Of a DNA stretch of 38,807 nucleotides, positions 35,297-38,807 are shown one piece after another (within the stretch, counting starts at the first letter, position 1; each line of letters begins with the position of its first letter). Origin of the DNA: a virus; the IMG/VR virus record IMGVR_UViG_3300012931_000042, positions 1 through 38,807 of that record. One strand, 5' to 3'. The notes beneath the pieces were generated by a model that worked only from the letters and a program-made list of their open reading frames with translations, was not told the DNA's origin and ran no database searches. The position numbers were made by a program, and so were the translations under genes.

Positions 35297-35820
35297 TTTT
35301 CCACTCCTAAATATTCCAAAGCTTCTGTTGCAACTCTTCTCACCCATCCTTTCTGGTCTTCCGATAGCTTAATCAGAGCTTGAATAACCTCAGGTGTGGC
35401 TTTTTCTCCTAAGTTCCCTAAAGCAAATGCGGTTCTTTCTCTGACGAAGTAATTTTGATCTCCAGCGAGTTTAATCAGAACTTGAATCACCTCAGGAGTT
35501 GCAGCTTTTTCTCCTAAGTGTCCTAAAGCTCCTGTTGCGTGGCTTTGAACCCATCCATTATAGTCTCCAGTCAGTTTAACCAGAGTTTGAATGACTTCAG
35601 GTGTTGCTGCTTTTTCTCCTAAGAGTCCTAAAGCTAATGCGGCAATTGTTCTCACACATGCATCTTTGTCTTTAGATTGCTTAATCAGAGCTTGAATCAC
35701 TTCAGGTGTGGCCGCTTTCTCTCCTATCATTCCAAGTGTCCACGCGGCTTTCCACTTTATTTTTTTGTCTGAGCTTTCGCAATTTTTTAAAAGTTCGTTT
35801 AATATCTCGATAATTTCCAT
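35293..35820 (-). CDS. PBS-lyase/HEAT-like repeat protein H3, 175 aa (5 units)
   Basis: Cap 'MEIIEILNELLKNCES'. Near-identical to the first four units of H4. It shares an ATGA overlap with the H4 start. Confidence 0.8.
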   Translation of the reverse strand: MEIIEILNELLKNCESSDKKIKWKAAWTLGMIGEKAATPEVIQALIKQSKDKDACVRTIAALALGLLGEKAATPEVIQTLVKLTGDYNGWVQSHATGALGHLGEKAATPEVIQVLIKLAGDQNYFVRERTAFALGNLGEKATPEVIQALIKLSEDQKGWVRRVATEALEYLGVEK

Positions 35821-35841
35821 TTTTTTCTCCTAAATTTAATT

Positions 35842-36066
35842 TTACAAGATCAATTGTATTGCTTCTTCCCCCAATCGTCTCAAAGCGAACATGGCTTTTA
35901 TTTGAATTCTGTCGGAGTTTTGATCTTCGCAGAGCTTAATCAGAGCTTGAACTACCTCTGGTGTAGCTGCTTTCTCTCCTAATCTCCCTAAATTCCGCAC
36001 AGCATTTCTGCGTTTTATACCACTTTTGCTTTCGCAATTTTTTAAAATCTCGTTAATTGTTTTCAT
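35842..36066 (-). CDS. Short HEAT-like repeat protein H2, 74 aa (2 units)
   Basis: Cap 'MKTINEILKNCES'. 14-nt overlap with the H1 stop. Confidence 0.65.
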   Translation of the reverse strand: MKTINEILKNCESKSGIKRRNAVRNLGRLGEKAATPEVVQALIKLCEDQNSDRIQIKAMFALRRLGEEAIQLIL

Positions 36067-37024
36067 TTTTCTCTCCTAAATTTTCTAAAGCATCCGCGGC
36101 ACTTTTTCTAACCCATTCATCTTTGTCTCCCGAAAGTTTAATCAGAACTTGAATCACCTCAGGAGTTGCGGCTTTTTCTCCTAATCTCCCTAAAGCCCAC
36201 GCGGACTCGCTTCTAACCCATTCATCTTGGTCTCCCGATAGTTTCACCAGAACTTGAATCACTTCAGGAGTTGCGGCTTTTTCTCCTAATCTCCCTAAAG
36301 CCCACGCGGACTCGCTTCTAACCAATTCATCCTTGTCTTCGGAAAGTTTAATTAGAGTTTGAATCACCTCAGGAGTTGCAGCTTTTTCTCTAAAGTGTCC
36401 TAAAGCTTCTGCGGAATTTGTTCGAACTTTTTCATCTTTGTCTCCCGAAAGTTTAATCAGAGTTTGAATCACCTCAGGAGTTGCAGCTTTTTCTCCTAAG
36501 TGTTCAAATGCCCATGTAGCTTTTTCTCTGACGATTTTATTCCGGTCTCCCGAGAGCTTAATCAGAACTTGAATCACTTCAGGTGTGGTCGCTTTTTCTC
36601 CTAAGTCTCCTAAAGCTTCTGCAGCACTTCCTCTAGCTTTTTTGTTCTTGTGTTCAGCGAGTTTGCTCAGAATTCGAATCACCTCTTGTGTTGTTGCTTT
36701 TTCTACCAATTTCGCCAAAGCTTCTGCTGCAGAAGAAATTACGAGAGCAGATTCAGTATCGTCTTCGCATCGCATAATCAGAGCTTGAATCACCTCAGGT
36801 GTGGCTTTCTCTCCTAATCTCCCTAAAGCTCGCGCAGCGTGGATTCGAACGTAGAAGTCTTCAAAGTCTTGATCTTCCGAGAGCTTAATCAGAATTTGAA
36901 TAACCTCAGGAGTAGCTGATTCTTTTGCTAAGTTTTCTATTGCTTTCGCAGCTTTAATCCGAGCTGATCTGTCCCCTCTTTCGAATCTTTCAATGTTTCT
37001 TTCTAATGTTTTTTGAACGTTCAT
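36053..37024 (-). CDS. PBS-lyase/HEAT-like repeat protein H1, 323 aa (9 units)
   Basis: RBS ggagagatatcATG. The units become progressively closer to the consensus toward the C-terminus. It ends 'LGEKNENN'. Confidence 0.8.
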   Translation of the reverse strand: MNVQKTLERNIERFERGDRSARIKAAKAIENLAKESATPEVIQILIKLSEDQDFEDFYVRIHAARALGRLGEKATPEVIQALIMRCEDDTESALVISSAAEALAKLVEKATTQEVIRILSKLAEHKNKKARGSAAEALGDLGEKATTPEVIQVLIKLSGDRNKIVREKATWAFEHLGEKAATPEVIQTLIKLSGDKDEKVRTNSAEALGHFREKAATPEVIQTLIKLSEDKDELVRSESAWALGRLGEKAATPEVIQVLVKLSGDQDEWVRSESAWALGRLGEKAATPEVIQVLIKLSGDKDEWVRKSAADALENLGEKNENN

Positions 37025-37064
37025 GATATCTCTCCATTTTTCTGATTAATCACATTCAGTCAAC

Positions 37065-37090
37065 GATCACATAGTATCACGTATGATCAC
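37065..37090. promoter_or_regulatory. Three (G/T)ATCAC repeats phased at exactly 10 bp, upstream of the HEAT operon (candidate operator overlapping a weak leftward promoter)
   Basis: GATCAC at 37065, TATCAC at 37075 and GATCAC at 37085. On the minus strand, TTGCAA (37098-37093), a 16-nt spacer and TACTAT overlap them. Confidence 0.3.
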
Positions 37091-37220
37091 GTTTGCAATA
37101 GTTGACGCATGTTTTTTTGAACTGATAGAGAGATATGTGTTGACTTTAAAAAGAAACGCGCTTCTGTTTCTGTAATTAAGGTTTCACGTGGAACACACCG
37201 TTGATTAGCTTTCACTACTC

Positions 37221-37248
37221 TTGACACGTCAAAGTTATGCGCTATAAT
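37221..37248 (+). promoter_or_regulatory. Near-consensus sigma70-type promoter TTGACA-N16-TATAAT
   Basis: TTGACA at 37221-37226 and TATAAT at 37243-37248, read directly. The -35 lies inside the inverted repeat CTTGAC-AC-GTCAAG. Confidence 0.6.
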
Positions 37249-37254
37249 TCATTT

Positions 37255-37323
37255 GTTTTTTTTACACAGAAAAAACGAAAGTCAGGTAAAGAGCGTATTC
37301 AAAACTGAAGACGCTCTTTTTTT
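37255..37323 (+). ncRNA. Candidate ~70-nt small RNA or terminated leader (promoter to intrinsic terminator)
   Basis: The predicted start lies about 7 nt after the -10 element. The transcript ends at the hairpin and U-run at 37288-37323. No convincing ORF lies within it. Confidence 0.35.
37288..37323 (+). terminator. Intrinsic terminator
   Basis: Stem aaagagcgtattca / tgaagacgctcttt (13 bp, one A-G mismatch) with loop aaac. It runs into a T7 tract at 37317-37323. Confidence 0.7.
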
Positions 37324-37339
37324 AGCAGAAGGAAAAAGT

Positions 37340-37477
37340 ATGTCGAGAAAGGTCTTTTCTTCCTTTATTTGCAGAGTTGTTGACTTTTTCTTGGCTGTTT
37401 ATTTTGGGGCCTGCTTGTTAGGGATTTCGATTTTTGGTTTTGACATTTTTTTAAAAACGCTTTCTGCTTTTTTTTAA
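37340..37477 (+). CDS. Possible small hydrophobic protein, 45 aa
   Basis: agaaggaaaaagtATG RBS. MSRKVFSSFICRVVDFFLAVYFGACLLGISIFGFDIFLKTLSAFF has one clear TM segment. It is convergent with the virion gene. Confidence 0.35.
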   Translation: MSRKVFSSFICRVVDFFLAVYFGACLLGISIFGFDIFLKTLSAFF

Positions 37478-37482
37478 AAAGA

Positions 37483-38807
37483 TCAGTCTGAAAGCAATCT
37501 AGCAAGAATAGTCTTCGCACTCGTTTCTGTCGCTTTTCCAGAAGATCTTCCTAATCTTGCCAGTATTTCAGCTAGCTTGTCAGCTCTAGAAGGACTAACA
37601 GCTGCGCGCGCAACATAATCAGACATTTTCGGTCCGATCTCGCCGAGTCCGAGTGCGAGCAGAGATGCAGCGCTCGTCGGAGTTAATCCACTTGTTAGCC
37701 CTGAGGCCGCTCCGGCTCCTGCCAAAATTTTTCCAAGTTTGCTACCGATTACTCTGTTGTACAGACTATGTGCTTGCGTGAGTTTCGAGCTCGCGATATC
37801 TTGCATTTCTTTGATCGCTGCTAGACTTTTTGGGGCGACAAGATCGAGCATCTCTTTCTCTGCGAGACGCCCAGGCCGGCGCAAAAGACCGGTTAGTGTT
37901 GTATTCTCTGGAGAGCCGAGAGCGAGATATTCAAGATTTTGGCGCAGTTTCGGATTCGCTGTTTTAAAAATTTCTTTGATTGAAGATCTTTCCTTCGGAT
38001 TTTTAAACGCGCTCAAAAATCTTGGCAATGTCACGTCTTGAGTGACCGGCCCTTCTTTCTCTTCTGTTATTGCTCTTATTGCTCTAGAGCCTCTGTAAGG
38101 ATTGATGTATTTGTCGAAGTATTCTTGATTTAACGCTCTGAATTTTTCTCCGAACCCTTTCTCTGGCACATATGTATCTAATGTGTCAGAGATATCTGAT
38201 CCTAGTTTTTTTAACATATAGTTTATTTTTTGTATCTTGTCTCGACTGTTCGGATCTTTTGCTGAAATATAACGTCTTTCAGCCGATAGCTGTTTGTGAA
38301 GCTCATGAGCGCTTTCCAAGGTCGGAGTCTTCAAATATTTGTGCAATCTTGTTTTGGTTTCTAAAGGCAAATCTTTTGTTAAGTCAGAACCTAGATCGCT
38401 GTAGACTCGTTTCTTTGCCGTCAATTCAGAAAGAGTGTCTTTTGGGATTATCTTTTGTAGCTTTTCTGGAGATACTCCACGGAACATTTTGGACAAACTC
38501 TCGTCATATTTTGTTGTTTCTTGCATCAGATCACTTCCGAGCGTATTGCTTATCATTTCTTTTTTTTTCAACTCAGGAGTGAAGATCTCGTTATATCTTT
38601 TTCCGAATTCTTCTCTTGTGTTCTTGCCGGCTTCAGCTACAAATCCTTTCGATTCTTTTAAAACGTCTTCTTGTGTTCCGCTGTAATTTTTATACAACGA
38701 CTGAGCTTTTTCCGCGATTAGTTTTAACGGACTGTTCTTTAAAGCGCCCAAAACTGCTCCTCCAACTCCGCCCGCAACTCTTAACGGAGCTTCAATTGCC
38801 GCAGAGC
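37483..38807 (-). CDS. C-terminal part of the same ~603-aa internal virion/ejection protein
   Basis: Track ORF 37483..38751 extended in frame to the window end. It is the last gene of the leftward structural operon and has a Gly/Ala-rich hydrophobic C-terminal segment. Confidence 0.6.
   Translation of the reverse strand, partial: SAAIEAPLRVAGGVGGAVLGALKNSPLKLIAEKAQSLYKNYSGTQEDVLKESKGFVAEAGKNTREEFGKRYNEIFTPELKKKEMISNTLGSDLMQETTKYDESLSKMFRGVSPEKLQKIIPKDTLSELTAKKRVYSDLGSDLTKDLPLETKTRLHKYLKTPTLESAHELHKQLSAERRYISAKDPNSRDKIQKINYMLKKLGSDISDTLDTYVPEKGFGEKFRALNQEYFDKYINPYRGSRAIRAITEEKEGPVTQDVTLPRFLSAFKNPKERSSIKEIFKTANPKLRQNLEYLALGSPENTTLTGLLRRPGRLAEKEMLDLVAPKSLAAIKEMQDIASSKLTQAHSLYNRVIGSKLGKILAGAGAASGLTSGLTPTSAASLLALGLGEIGPKMSDYVARAAVSPSRADKLAEILARLGRSSGKATETSAKTILARLLSD
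38685..38807. repeat. Terminal direct repeat (right copy)
   Basis: Same 123 nt as bases 1-123. Confidence 0.95.

Larger units (their letters stand above)
33213..37024 (-). repeat. Coding tandem-repeat array with a 102-105-nt period, about 35 units across six genes
   Basis: Recurrent DNA blocks such as cacctcaggagttgc(a/g)gctttttctcctaa... and gtttaatcagagcttgaat are visible throughout. Confidence 0.9.

Noticed and set aside
33910-36066. Programmed frameshifting at the A-rich HEAT gene junctions (gagaaaaatgaaaac) to fuse adjacent paralogues.
   Set aside because: The downstream frame is +1 relative to the upstream frame. No canonical X_XXY_YYZ slippery heptamer is in register, and each downstream gene has its own ATG and cap. 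Termination-reinitiation coupling is the simpler reading.
33213-37024. The regular ~105-nt DNA periodicity could suggest a CRISPR array or a non-coding satellite.
   Set aside because: The period is a multiple of 3. The whole region is one continuous set of long minus-strand ORFs encoding a coherent HEAT-like repeat. There are no short invariant repeats separated by unique spacers, and no cas genes.
33213-37024. A diversity-generating retroelement might drive the focused variability of the HEAT units or the tail fibres.
   Set aside because: No reverse-transcriptase-like ORF (no YxDD-containing protein) exists anywhere in the closed genome. I could not identify a template/variable repeat pair with adenine-specific differences. 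A formal TR/VR search was not possible by eye.
37253-37477. The 74-aa plus-strand ORF starting at TTG 37253.
   Set aside because: Its first 29 codons run through a strong intrinsic terminator hairpin and T-run, and it starts within about 5 nt of the promoter -10 element. Only the RBS-preceded 45-aa portion (37340..37477) is plausible.

Overview
The window is a complete, circularly closing genome of an AT-rich tailed dsDNA phage. Bases 1-123 recur exactly at 38685-38807, so the unique length is 38,684 bp and one virion gene is split by the window edge. Long ORFs are open in the standard code, packing is dense, and start/stop overlaps are frequent.

Gene layout:
- Leftward structural operon (10430 down to 613, wrapping to 37483): scaffold, P22-coat-like major capsid, a 246-aa unknown, a 775-aa fibre, a gp4-like adaptor and a gp10-like tail hub. 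Three proteins follow whose order and sizes (213/465/603 aa) mirror P22 ejection proteins gp7/gp20/gp16.
- Rightward (10583-18768): portal (722 aa), a 905-aa collar-domain fibre, two small ORFs, an 899-aa tailspike-like protein and tRNA-Tyr(GTA).
- Leftward (25045 down to 18927): a CsrA homologue translationally coupled to a GH108-type endolysin, then a Sak4-like ATPase, an HU/IHF-like protein, a DUF669-like protein, RusA, large terminase, a small TM ORF and two paralogous unknowns.
- 25.16-26.0 kb: a plasmid-style origin (4 perfect DnaA boxes plus AAATAGGGGCGAA iterons) at the 5' end of a winged-helix Rep-like gene.
- 26-32 kb: small orphan ORFs, including HTH proteins, a DnaJ-type zinc-finger miniprotein, a TerS-like protein and a holin-like membrane protein.

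The most unusual content is 32.3-37.0 kb, a head-to-tail array of six PBS-lyase/HEAT-like repeat genes plus one diverged member. It holds about 35 units of 34-35 aa, with variation focused on a few positions per unit. It also shows cassette-like 14-nt start/stop overlaps, a recent ~525-bp segmental duplication, and one member interrupted by a single in-frame TAA.

No integrase, partition genes, reverse transcriptase or CRISPR array were seen. All functional calls rest on motif and architecture recognition by eye, not on database searches.
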